Part shown: in pieces, positions 36,957 to 44,989 of the stretch
How the letters are laid out: each line of letters starts with the position of its first letter
Position numbering within the stretch: the stretch's first letter is position 1
From: Achromobacter sp.
GTDB lineage: Bacteria; Pseudomonadota; Gammaproteobacteria; Burkholderiales; Burkholderiaceae_B
Assembly (NCBI RefSeq): GCF_032113835.1
Contig: NZ_DAMCTG010000009.1
Span: 3,377 to 67,376, forward strand
DNA length: 64,000 nucleotides
Direction: 5' to 3'
The notes under the pieces: model-generated
The model's input: only the letters and a program-made list of their open reading frames with translations
Database searches by the model: none
What the model was told of the DNA's origin: nothing
Position numbers and translations under genes: made by a program

Positions 36957-38944
36957 AGGCGCCCTCCTTGTTGCACTTGTTCGACGCGCCGGACGACTAC
37001 AACGGCCTGTTTGGCTGGGTATGCGGCTATTCTGGCGACGATCTGTTTCTCAACGAGGCGGCTGAGCGATTTACCCGTCGCACGCATGCGCAGCGCGCGA
37101 AGGCGGGCGAGATCTCATTGGGATTGATCCTGGATCCGCAGCATGAACCTCTATCGCTGCTCGATGTGCCAGGCGTCGCCCACCTTCCCTTGCGCGACGC
37201 GAATCTCCAGCCGTTCAAGCTGATGCACGCCAAGGTCGCCCTACTGGGCTTCCGCAACGCAGACGCCGATCAATGGCGGCTGCGCTTGATCGTCTCGACC
37301 GGCAACTGGACCCGACAGACCGTTGAGGAAAGCCTGGACCTTGCGTGGACGATCGAAGTGTCTTCTGCGGACCTGAACGCGGAGGCGCGTGACCTGTCAT
37401 TGCGATGCGCCGACGTAAACGCTGCCTCTGAATTTTTGAACTGGCTCGCCTCGCATTTCGATACCCGCATCCTTGAAGCCATGACGGAAAACCCGTGCGC
37501 GGCGGATCGTATCAGCCGGTTCAACGGGTGGGTCAGCCAATGCGCATCTCGGTCGCAGGGGCATACCCCCCGGTTTTTCGACAATCGCTCGCACGGCCTT
37601 CTTGAACAGCTTCCCGCCTTGATCGAGAAGCACGCCGGCAAGGTTCGCCGCAACTATCTGGCCATGGCATCGGGCTTCTTCGAGGATTCGCCTCAAGCTG
37701 GAGCGGACAGCCCGGCCGAGCAGGTTCCCACTGTGCTGGCCAGTATTGAAGATGCATTACGCGCACAAGACATGCTGACACGCAGCGCTCTGGTCGAGAT
37801 CTACGTCAACCCGGATGGTTGCCAAGCGGTAGCCCGCTGTCTGGATGCGATGACGAAGCGCCAGTGGAGGGTCGTGGAGCCGGGACAACCCGAACAAGTG
37901 TTTCGCGCGGACGTCCGACGCACGCTGCACGCGAAATTTCTCCTGGGCGGCAACGATGTCGGCGATGCCTGCAGTAGCGGCTGGCTCTATCTGGGATCGG
38001 GGAATCTTACCCGTCCCGGCTTCGTCGAGCGTGCGCGTCGGGCGCGCGGCAACCTCGAAGCGGGGGTTGTTTTTTCCTTGCCAAGAACGCTGTGGTTGCC
38101 GTCCAAGGATCCCTCGGTACCGGCAATGACCGTATTATTGCCAATCCAGTCTGATGGCGTTCCCATAACGGTCACTGACCATCTCAAGGCAGGCGACCCC
38201 ATGCCGGAGCTCAACGGATCTTTTGTTGCCGGCCCGATAGCCTATTTGCAATGGATCCCAACGGAAGACGCAGGGCTATTACGCGCACCTGGCCGCAGCA
38301 ACTTGGACTTTGACGTGCTGGGTCCGGATGGGCAAACCTGCCCCAGGCTCGGACTGGACTGGCTGTGGCCAGGGGGGGCGCCTCGCCAGGCGAGGTTGCG
38401 TTGGGGAGTGCACGGGAATCACCAGCAGCAAGTGCCGGTGGTCGACCAATATGGCCGGATCGCAGGCGCGGAACTACCCGGACTGGCACTGCAGGATCTC
38501 GCAGCCCAATTGCTCAATTTTCCTGCGATTGACGATGGCGATGACGACAATGGCGACGGCGACGCCGATCAAGATCCGTCAAACCAGCGCCACCCCGACG
38601 CGCGCAACTCGGCCAGTCCTCCCCCCACGGCAGCGATACGGACGATGATGACGCAATTAGAACTCATCGCTCAGAAGCAGGTTCAAGTGGCAGTCGCCGA
38701 CTGGTCGGCATGGTGCCACCGACTTGAGCAGATCCTGTGCCAGGCGCGGGAGAGCACCGCGCTGGCCGATTTTCGTCGTCTGAAGATCAATCCGCTCAGT
38801 TGCCTGCTGCAAGCGGCCTTCCGCCCCGTCTACGCGAACGATGCCCGCACACCAAGCGGTCGGCGCTACGAAGAAGCATTGGAACGCGTCGCGGAATCGT
38901 GGGGCGTGCGGAGTGGATACCTGGCCTTTGGAGAGGATGAATAA
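36953..38944 (+). CDS. Phospholipase D-family (double HKD) protein, nuclease-like
   Basis: HKD motif 1: LMHAKVALLGF ... LIVSTGNWT (37226-37312). HKD motif 2: LHAKFLLGG ... LYLGSGNLT (37928-38008). A C-terminal region of roughly 300 aa is unassigned and includes an acidic D/G tract. The stop overlaps the next start (TAATG at 38942-38946). Confidence 0.85.
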   Translation: MKAPSLLHLFDAPDDYNGLFGWVCGYSGDDLFLNEAAERFTRRTHAQRAKAGEISLGLILDPQHEPLSLLDVPGVAHLPLRDANLQPFKLMHAKVALLGFRNADADQWRLRLIVSTGNWTRQTVEESLDLAWTIEVSSADLNAEARDLSLRCADVNAASEFLNWLASHFDTRILEAMTENPCAADRISRFNGWVSQCASRSQGHTPRFFDNRSHGLLEQLPALIEKHAGKVRRNYLAMASGFFEDSPQAGADSPAEQVPTVLASIEDALRAQDMLTRSALVEIYVNPDGCQAVARCLDAMTKRQWRVVEPGQPEQVFRADVRRTLHAKFLLGGNDVGDACSSGWLYLGSGNLTRPGFVERARRARGNLEAGVVFSLPRTLWLPSKDPSVPAMTVLLPIQSDGVPITVTDHLKAGDPMPELNGSFVAGPIAYLQWIPTEDAGLLRAPGRSNLDFDVLGPDGQTCPRLGLDWLWPGGAPRQARLRWGVHGNHQQQVPVVDQYGRIAGAELPGLALQDLAAQLLNFPAIDDGDDDNGDGDADQDPSNQRHPDARNSASPPPTAAIRTMMTQLELIAQKQVQVAVADWSAWCHRLEQILCQARESTALADFRRLKINPLSCLLQAAFRPVYANDARTPSGRRYEEALERVAESWGVRSGYLAFGEDE

Positions 38945-41535
38945 TGGATTGGAACGCAGTCGCGTCGACACTGATCGAGTCTGCCGAGAAAGCCGAGGGA
39001 TCCGCAGGTGGCGCATGGTCATTGAATGATGGCCAACGCCGCAGCGTGATGGCGCTAGCCCGTCGCATAACGAAAAATGGCGTGGTTATTGCCGACGAGG
39101 TCGGCATGGGAAAAACCCGCATCGCCGTGACCCTGGCCCGCGCCGTCATCGAACAAGGTGGGCGGGTTGCTGTGCTCGTACCCCCTGGCCTGGGATTTCA
39201 ATGGCAGCAGGAAATGCACGAGGGCGGCGTGGAATGTCCACCCTTGCTAAGAAGCCTGGAACAGTATTTCAAGCCCTGGGACATCAGCCAGGGCGTCTCG
39301 CCGTCATGGTCAACGCAGGATGTCGTACTACTGTCACATCAAATCGCAAACTGGCGTATTGGCGAAGGTACCCGCGCCCCATACTGGTCCTTGCTGCCGC
39401 TGTTGTACGCCACATGGCGCAAGGTCTGCGATGGCCGCTATCCCAGACATTTCCACGCAGCGCCCGAACTATCCGATCCGCGGATTCGTGCTGCGGCCGA
39501 AGACATCGTGGCTTGGGCAGAGCGAGAAGGAGGTATTCCCGTCGATTTCCTGAATAGGCTCGTGACAGAGGCGCCGTGGCCAGCGGCGATGAACTCTGGC
39601 GAGTACCGCTCGGGTACCGATCTTCGTATAGCGCTGGAACGAGCCGTGGGTATCGGCTTAGGATTTTTCGATCTCATCATCATCGACGAGGCGCACAAGA
39701 GCCGGGGCGACGCGACGGGGCTATCGCGAGTACTGAATAATGTCGCTCTGACTCCCGCCGACGGTCGCAAGCTCGCCATGACGGCCACGCCCGTTGAACT
39801 TGATGCCGAGCAATGGCAGGACGTGCTGGACCGCATTGCCATTGAGACAGCAGACGGCCGGTTCTTGCCCGATCATGAGCAAACGTCGCTTGCTATAAGC
39901 AGCTATGAAAAGGCAGTCGACGCCGTCAAAGCGCAGCCGAACGACGCCGAAAAGAGGGCGAACTTTCGGGTCGCGGCGCGCGAGTTCGAAAAGACGCTGG
40001 CTCCGTATCTGGTTCGGCGCGACAAGCGCGAATCCCAATCTGTGCAGACATTCGCGCTTCACTCGGGCTTGTCACCTCATGCGTATCGTCGAGAACGTCA
40101 GCTCATCATTGATCCAACGACGCTTTCACCCGCTTGGCAGCAAGCGATATGCGCGGCGGAAGCGCTATCCGTCGCCGCTTCGCAAGGAACCTTACCAGCA
40201 GCGCAACGGTTACGGCTGACGGTGGGCAGCGGCCACGGCATCGCCAAAGTCATTGATCAGCTTCAGCAGGATGACATTGAAGATTCCGAGCAAATGGCGG
40301 CTGACCGTTCGGCCGAGAATGTGACGAATTCCGAGTCGTCGAGATCCCAGCGCGTGGATTGGTGGCTCAGCGTGTTGCGTCAGACCTTGACGAACAAGAA
40401 CGCACTTCTCGACCACCCCGCCATACAAATCGCGGTTCAAGAAATTGAGAATGCCGATGCCAGGGGTGAAAAGGTTCTGGTTTTTGGCCGCTACACCGCT
40501 CCCATGAAAATGCTGGTCGACTTGTTGAATGCTCGTCAGATGCTCAGGGCCTTGCGGGACAACCGCCCGTGGCCTCAAAGCGGCGTGCGTGAGAGCGAAC
40601 ACGACGCGGTGAAAGCGGCGCAGCGTCAGTTGAAAATTCTGTCGGATGAGTCGATCGACAGTATCAATGCCCAATTACAGATTCAGTACGAGGGCTTAGA
40701 GGCCCGTCGCCAGACGGCCCGCGACCACCTGTTCAATAACCTTCGCGCCGGGCTTGAAGCGCATCCCGACAACAGCGCCGCAAAGCTCCTGTTTGGCGCA
40801 TTCGTGAGCAATCCCGTTGGACAGGCTGCCGTTACGCGGGCGGTGATGGAGTTACTTGCCCGCGATGAAGCGAGTCCGCAGGAATGGGCCGACGCCTTCG
40901 TGAACCTCGTCGACGCGGCCATGGACCGCGAGGACATTGACGAGCGCGGCGAAGCCGGTCTGAATGAGGCGGGAGCGGCCGCTTTGTGGCCGAAACTGGC
41001 GGAACGCTTTGACGACGAATATCGCAACCCGCAGGGTGGATTTGCGCGATTGATGTACGGCGAAACAAAGCATGTGACCCGCCGATTGCTGCAGCTGGCT
41101 TTCAATCGTCAGGATAGCTTTCCCAGGGTGCTGGTGGCGCAATCTGTTGTTGGACGCGAAGGGCTGAATCTGCATAAGGCGTGCCGCACAGTTCTGCTGC
41201 TGCACCCTGAATGGAATCCAGCGGTGGTTGAACAACAGATTGGGCGGGTGGACCGGCTGGGCAGCCGATGGGAACAGTTGCTTGACGCGGCGATCGCAAA
41301 GGGCGTTCGAGGCACAGATCTACCGCGCATCGAAATCCTGCCCATCGTTTTCCAGGGCACATATGACGAGCATAACTGGATGGTTCTGAAATCGCGATGG
41401 GATGCGTTGAGGGCGCAACTTCACGGCACCGTGCTTCATGTACCTGATGTTAATGAGGATCCCCTGCTGCGTGAGCTCGCAAATGAAATCAATGGCGCGG
41501 CACCAAATTTTTCCCCTAAACCGCCCCCTATTTGA
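38944..41535 (+). CDS. SNF2-family helicase/translocase
   Basis: Motif I ADEVGMGKT (39094-39117), motif II IIIDEAHKSRG (DEAH at 39685-39696). C-terminal RecA lobe: KVLVFGRY, VLVAQSVVGREGLNLH, motif VI EQQIGRVDRLG. Confidence 0.9.
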   Translation: MDWNAVASTLIESAEKAEGSAGGAWSLNDGQRRSVMALARRITKNGVVIADEVGMGKTRIAVTLARAVIEQGGRVAVLVPPGLGFQWQQEMHEGGVECPPLLRSLEQYFKPWDISQGVSPSWSTQDVVLLSHQIANWRIGEGTRAPYWSLLPLLYATWRKVCDGRYPRHFHAAPELSDPRIRAAAEDIVAWAEREGGIPVDFLNRLVTEAPWPAAMNSGEYRSGTDLRIALERAVGIGLGFFDLIIIDEAHKSRGDATGLSRVLNNVALTPADGRKLAMTATPVELDAEQWQDVLDRIAIETADGRFLPDHEQTSLAISSYEKAVDAVKAQPNDAEKRANFRVAAREFEKTLAPYLVRRDKRESQSVQTFALHSGLSPHAYRRERQLIIDPTTLSPAWQQAICAAEALSVAASQGTLPAAQRLRLTVGSGHGIAKVIDQLQQDDIEDSEQMAADRSAENVTNSESSRSQRVDWWLSVLRQTLTNKNALLDHPAIQIAVQEIENADARGEKVLVFGRYTAPMKMLVDLLNARQMLRALRDNRPWPQSGVRESEHDAVKAAQRQLKILSDESIDSINAQLQIQYEGLEARRQTARDHLFNNLRAGLEAHPDNSAAKLLFGAFVSNPVGQAAVTRAVMELLARDEASPQEWADAFVNLVDAAMDREDIDERGEAGLNEAGAAALWPKLAERFDDEYRNPQGGFARLMYGETKHVTRRLLQLAFNRQDSFPRVLVAQSVVGREGLNLHKACRTVLLLHPEWNPAVVEQQIGRVDRLGSRWEQLLDAAIAKGVRGTDLPRIEILPIVFQGTYDEHNWMVLKSRWDALRAQLHGTVLHVPDVNEDPLLRELANEINGAAPNFSPKPPPI

Positions 41536-41609
41536 TACGCGAGGCGCCGCGCAAAGCCTGATTCCACCCCTCGCGCGGCAAAATTCTTTTGCGCAAACTG
41601 GAACATACG

Positions 41610-42578
41610 ATGACGCGTCTCGAGTTGGTCGACCATCTTGCAATACAGTTTGCCCACGCGCAGAAATCAGAACGCTGGGCGATGTACCGTCTGATTGCGC
41701 CAGTGGTTGACCATGCCAACGCCAGCATGGGATTACGCGATTATTTTGAGTTCAATCAGACCAGCCTGCACGGCACGTCGCAATCAGTCGATATCGCGCT
41801 GCTTGACAACTCGGGCTTGCCCCGAGTCATGATTGAGGCCAAGCGCCTTGATCGCGCCATCGCCGCAGAACAGATTGCGAAGTATCTGCCCGCAGATACG
41901 CGCGGCATCGTCACAAACGGGCTGCATTGGGTCTTGTGTCTGAACGGAAGAGACAAGCTGGTCACATTGTGCGATGCCAAGAGCCGTGAAATGCGCCCCC
42001 ATGCGTTGGATGAAATCGTCGCATTCATTCGCGGCGAGTCGCTATTGCCTCAGGAATGGCGAAGCCAACAGGATGGCTACGTCGCATCGTTCATTAGACC
42101 GGAACGGCTAACCAAAACGGCATCTGCGCAGCGGGCCGTCAACGCCGTGACAGTTGTGCGCGAGATGCGCGGCTTTCGCGCTGAACTGGACCGGCTTCCC
42201 GGAATCTCCCCGCTGGACCGAGTCCTGCTCACAGCGATGGCGCAAGCGTTTGAGGAACTGGGGCAGATATCTTCTACGCTGCGAATCGAATTTCGCAAGA
42301 CGAGGGTCAGCATTTTCGGCGAGTGCCTGGACGGCAGGCGCATTGCGCGTCTTGAGTTAGGCAAGCGCCAGCCAGACGTCCTGATCCTTACGGAGCTTGT
42401 TCAGGGTGACGAGATTCTCTGCGGCCTGGCACAACCCGCGCCGCATGACAAAGGGCCGCACATGCGAAGGTACCGGTTGAGTCATGACATACAAGCTGCT
42501 TCGTTCGGTCGTGCGATGGCGGCATTGCTGAACGTTTGTGACAAACCTAATAAAAATCGCGCTGTGATGTCGGCATAG
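41610..42578 (+). CDS. PD-(D/E)xK nuclease-fold protein resembling the N-terminal domain of type I restriction HsdR
   Basis: SVDIALLDNSGLPRVMIEAKRL (D at 41790, ExK at 41835-41843), followed by AAEQIAKYL ... GIVTNGLHWVL. This matches the D...ExK...Q..Y...TNG..W layout of HsdR_N-type domains. ATG 41610 is preferred over the TTG at 41589. Confidence 0.65.
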   Translation: MTRLELVDHLAIQFAHAQKSERWAMYRLIAPVVDHANASMGLRDYFEFNQTSLHGTSQSVDIALLDNSGLPRVMIEAKRLDRAIAAEQIAKYLPADTRGIVTNGLHWVLCLNGRDKLVTLCDAKSREMRPHALDEIVAFIRGESLLPQEWRSQQDGYVASFIRPERLTKTASAQRAVNAVTVVREMRGFRAELDRLPGISPLDRVLLTAMAQAFEELGQISSTLRIEFRKTRVSIFGECLDGRRIARLELGKRQPDVLILTELVQGDEILCGLAQPAPHDKGPHMRRYRLSHDIQAASFGRAMAALLNVCDKPNKNRAVMSA

Positions 42579-42634
42579 GAAATGGCCAGAGAATCTCATC
42601 GTTGTGCTGACACGACTTCGACCTGAGTTTGGCG

Positions 42635-44119
42635 CTACTTCCTGGCTACCCGTTCGACCTTCAAGTCCACATTCCGCCCGTTAATCAGTGCAGTGGCTTC
42701 CTTGATCTGATAATCGGCCTCGAACTCGCAGAACTCCTTGGTCTTCATCGGCACCAGGGTGCTCGAACTGAACGAATCCCATGCCCGGCCATCCAGGCCT
42801 TCGTTCATCGTATTCATGCCAAACGGACTGAAAGCCAACGTGCGCTGCGTCGTCGCGCCCTGGTCGTTCTTCAATTCGACCGTGACGCGCAGATTGGCGA
42901 TTTCACTGAGTTTGTCGGTGGTGACGACAAAATGCGGTTCGCAGGCCAAGGCGCCGTCGTTGCCGCCGTGGTACGTCGACTTATGCAGCAGGCGCAGCGT
43001 GGGCGCCGCTTTGCCAGCCTGTTTGCGCTGGTCCAGATCGCTTTTGCAATGGGCCAGGAATTTGGCGTCGTCCTGCGCATCCGGCTGATGGTTGCGGCGC
43101 TCCTGACGATATTGCAGGGCCTTCTTGCAATCGGTCTTCACCGACTGGCCGTTGTAGTAGATCCAGCTCAGGAATCTTGGTGCACGGGCTGAACCCTGCT
43201 CAATCGCCTCTTCAAACAGAGTACGCGCGCGGGCGTAATCGACCGGAACGATTTCGCCCAGGTAGTAGATTTCGCCCAGATTGACCAAGGCATCCCGGTC
43301 GCTTTGCGCCGCCGCGCGCTCGAACCATGACACGGCGACTGCCGGGTCGCGATCCACGCCCCACTTGCCTTCTACGTAGGCAAGGCCTAGAAGATTCTGC
43401 GAGTGCGGCTCGCCGGCCTCCGCCGCGCGTTGCCACCACTTGAAGGCTTCGGCGTCCTTTTTCTCGACCTGCGAATAGCCGAAGTTGTAGAGGCTACCGA
43501 CCTGAAAGAGCATCCCGGGTTCTTTATCCCGCTCGGCCCAAACCCGCGCCAAGCGCAGCGTGTCCAGTTTGGTGAAGCCGATGCGCGCCATCATCGTGCG
43601 GGCGTCGGAGGAGGCAGACCCGACATGACGTCGCAGGTATTCGATGACCGGCAGCCGCATTTCGACGTCGGTTTCGGCTTTGGCCTTGCCCTCGTAGACG
43701 ATGTGGCGCTGGCGCTCCATCTCCTTGACGTCGTCGAGGTTGTCGAAGTCGTCCTTGGCGATGAGGCCGATGTAGCGTTCAGCGATGCTGGCGTCCTTGT
43801 CGATGCCGATGCCGTACTCGAAGAAATAGGCGGCGTTGGCGCACCCGTATTGGCCGCCCTGATGGCACGCCAGCGCGTAGTTGGCGATGGCCAGTTTGAC
43901 GTCGCGGGCGACGCCCACGCCGTGTTCGTACATGAAACCTAGCGCCATGAGCGCGTCAAGCTCCTTGTCTTTGGCGAGGTCTTGAAGCGCTTTCAACGCT
44001 GAGGCGTCTTGCTGGACGGCGCGGTCATAGAGGCGTTCGGCCAGATGGTCTTGCTGGGCGGCGGCCGAGAAGGTGGATCCCACCAGCACTGCGGCGGCGA
44101 ACTTCAAATATTTGGACAT
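42635..44119 (-). CDS. Secreted Sel1-like (SLR/TPR) repeat protein with unrelated C-terminal domain
   Basis: Signal peptide MSKYLKFAAAVLVGSTFSAAA. Multiple Sel1 repeats are present (LGFMYEHGVGVARDVKLAIANY, AAYFFEYGIGIDKDASIAERY, LGLAYVEGKWGVDRDPAVAVSWF, LGEIYYLGEIVPVDYARARTLF). The last roughly 120 aa are non-repeat. Confidence 0.8.
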   Translation of the reverse strand: MSKYLKFAAAVLVGSTFSAAAQQDHLAERLYDRAVQQDASALKALQDLAKDKELDALMALGFMYEHGVGVARDVKLAIANYALACHQGGQYGCANAAYFFEYGIGIDKDASIAERYIGLIAKDDFDNLDDVKEMERQRHIVYEGKAKAETDVEMRLPVIEYLRRHVGSASSDARTMMARIGFTKLDTLRLARVWAERDKEPGMLFQVGSLYNFGYSQVEKKDAEAFKWWQRAAEAGEPHSQNLLGLAYVEGKWGVDRDPAVAVSWFERAAAQSDRDALVNLGEIYYLGEIVPVDYARARTLFEEAIEQGSARAPRFLSWIYYNGQSVKTDCKKALQYRQERRNHQPDAQDDAKFLAHCKSDLDQRKQAGKAAPTLRLLHKSTYHGGNDGALACEPHFVVTTDKLSEIANLRVTVELKNDQGATTQRTLAFSPFGMNTMNEGLDGRAWDSFSSSTLVPMKTKEFCEFEADYQIKEATALINGRNVDLKVERVARK

Positions 44120-44319
44120 CGACTGCTTTCCTGTGAACAACGGCGGTCGCTGTGGCGCAAACGACCGGGGCGATTGTATCTGCGCCATCTGTCTTGCCGG
44201 TTTCGCGCAGATCAAGGAGACCGCATTGGTCCTGGATTCAGGCTGGCCGCGCGGCGGCGCACCATTTGGTGCGATAGACTCCCGGCTTGTTTGGGATTGA
44301 ATCAGCAGGAGTTCACGCA

Positions 44320-44763
44320 ATGAGCAGCATTTTTCCAGACGATCTGTGGGCGGTGGGCGAAGCCCGCATCAACGGTCTGCCGGTCGTCATTCGCTTTCGC
44401 ACCGGGCTGCCGCCCGAGTCCGATCGCCAGGTCAACGACAACCTGATCATCATCACCTGGGCGTATCAGGGCATCGAGACCGGCATGCCGAACGACGAAG
44501 ACAAGCTGCGCACCAATGCGTTTGAAGAAGCCATCGAACAGGGTTTCGAGAATTCGGACGCCGGCGTGCAGGTGGCATGCCTGACCGGTAATCATCAGAA
44601 AGAGTGGCGCTACTTCACGCCGAATGTCGAAGCCTTCCTGGATGCGTTCAACACGTGCCTGGCGGGACATCCGGTCTATCCGATTGAACTGCGCATGTTC
44701 AAGGACCCTGACTGGAATGCCTTGTCGGGATTGCAGCCCGAAGGATCTGAGCAGCTGCATTGA
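44320..44763 (+). CDS. DUF695-like protein
   Basis: 147 aa. The start WAVGEARINGLPVVIRFRTGLP ... LIIITWAY resembles DUF695 family proteins. CAGGAG precedes ATG 44320. Confidence 0.6.
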   Translation: MSSIFPDDLWAVGEARINGLPVVIRFRTGLPPESDRQVNDNLIIITWAYQGIETGMPNDEDKLRTNAFEEAIEQGFENSDAGVQVACLTGNHQKEWRYFTPNVEAFLDAFNTCLAGHPVYPIELRMFKDPDWNALSGLQPEGSEQLH

Positions 44764-44945
44764 TGGACGTCAAGCGGCGGGCTGTGGCTGCGGACCGTCG
44801 CGATTATCAACAACAAGGGGCGCCTAAGCGCCACATTTCTCCCATCCCTCATCAGTGGCGATAGGGACTGACGTGCCGTTTTCAGCTAGTTTTGCGACTG
44901 CAATAGCGGCGCATCGAAGAGCGGGCGCGGAAGATCCTGCCGAGG

Positions 44946-44975
44946 GCATGGACCGGCGGCGCGCCCGATCCATGC
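44946..44975 (-). terminator. Hairpin downstream of the FAD oxidoreductase gene
   Basis: GCATGGACCGG / CCGATCCATGC: 10 of 11 bp pair, with an 8-nt loop, 15 nt after the stop. No U-tract. Confidence 0.3.
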
Positions 44976-44989
44976 CATGCGCAAACACT

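Larger units (their letters stand above)
30081..42600 (+). other. Lower-GC accessory island with eight co-directional genes (candidate defence island)
   Basis: There is an abrupt composition change. An island line I counted was about 50% GC, against about 62% in the flank. The left junction is AT-rich DNA abutting the truncated LysR pseudogene. All eight genes are on the plus strand. The right end is a 56-nt gap to a convergent Sel1-repeat gene. I saw no integrase, tRNA or direct repeats. Confidence 0.6.

Noticed and set aside
42635-44763. Sel1-repeat protein and DUF695-like gene as part of the defence island
   Set aside because: By eye, their composition is closer to the chromosome background, the Sel1 gene is convergent to the island genes, and I know of no functional link. 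I left them outside the island, although the true right boundary could extend to about 44.9 kb.
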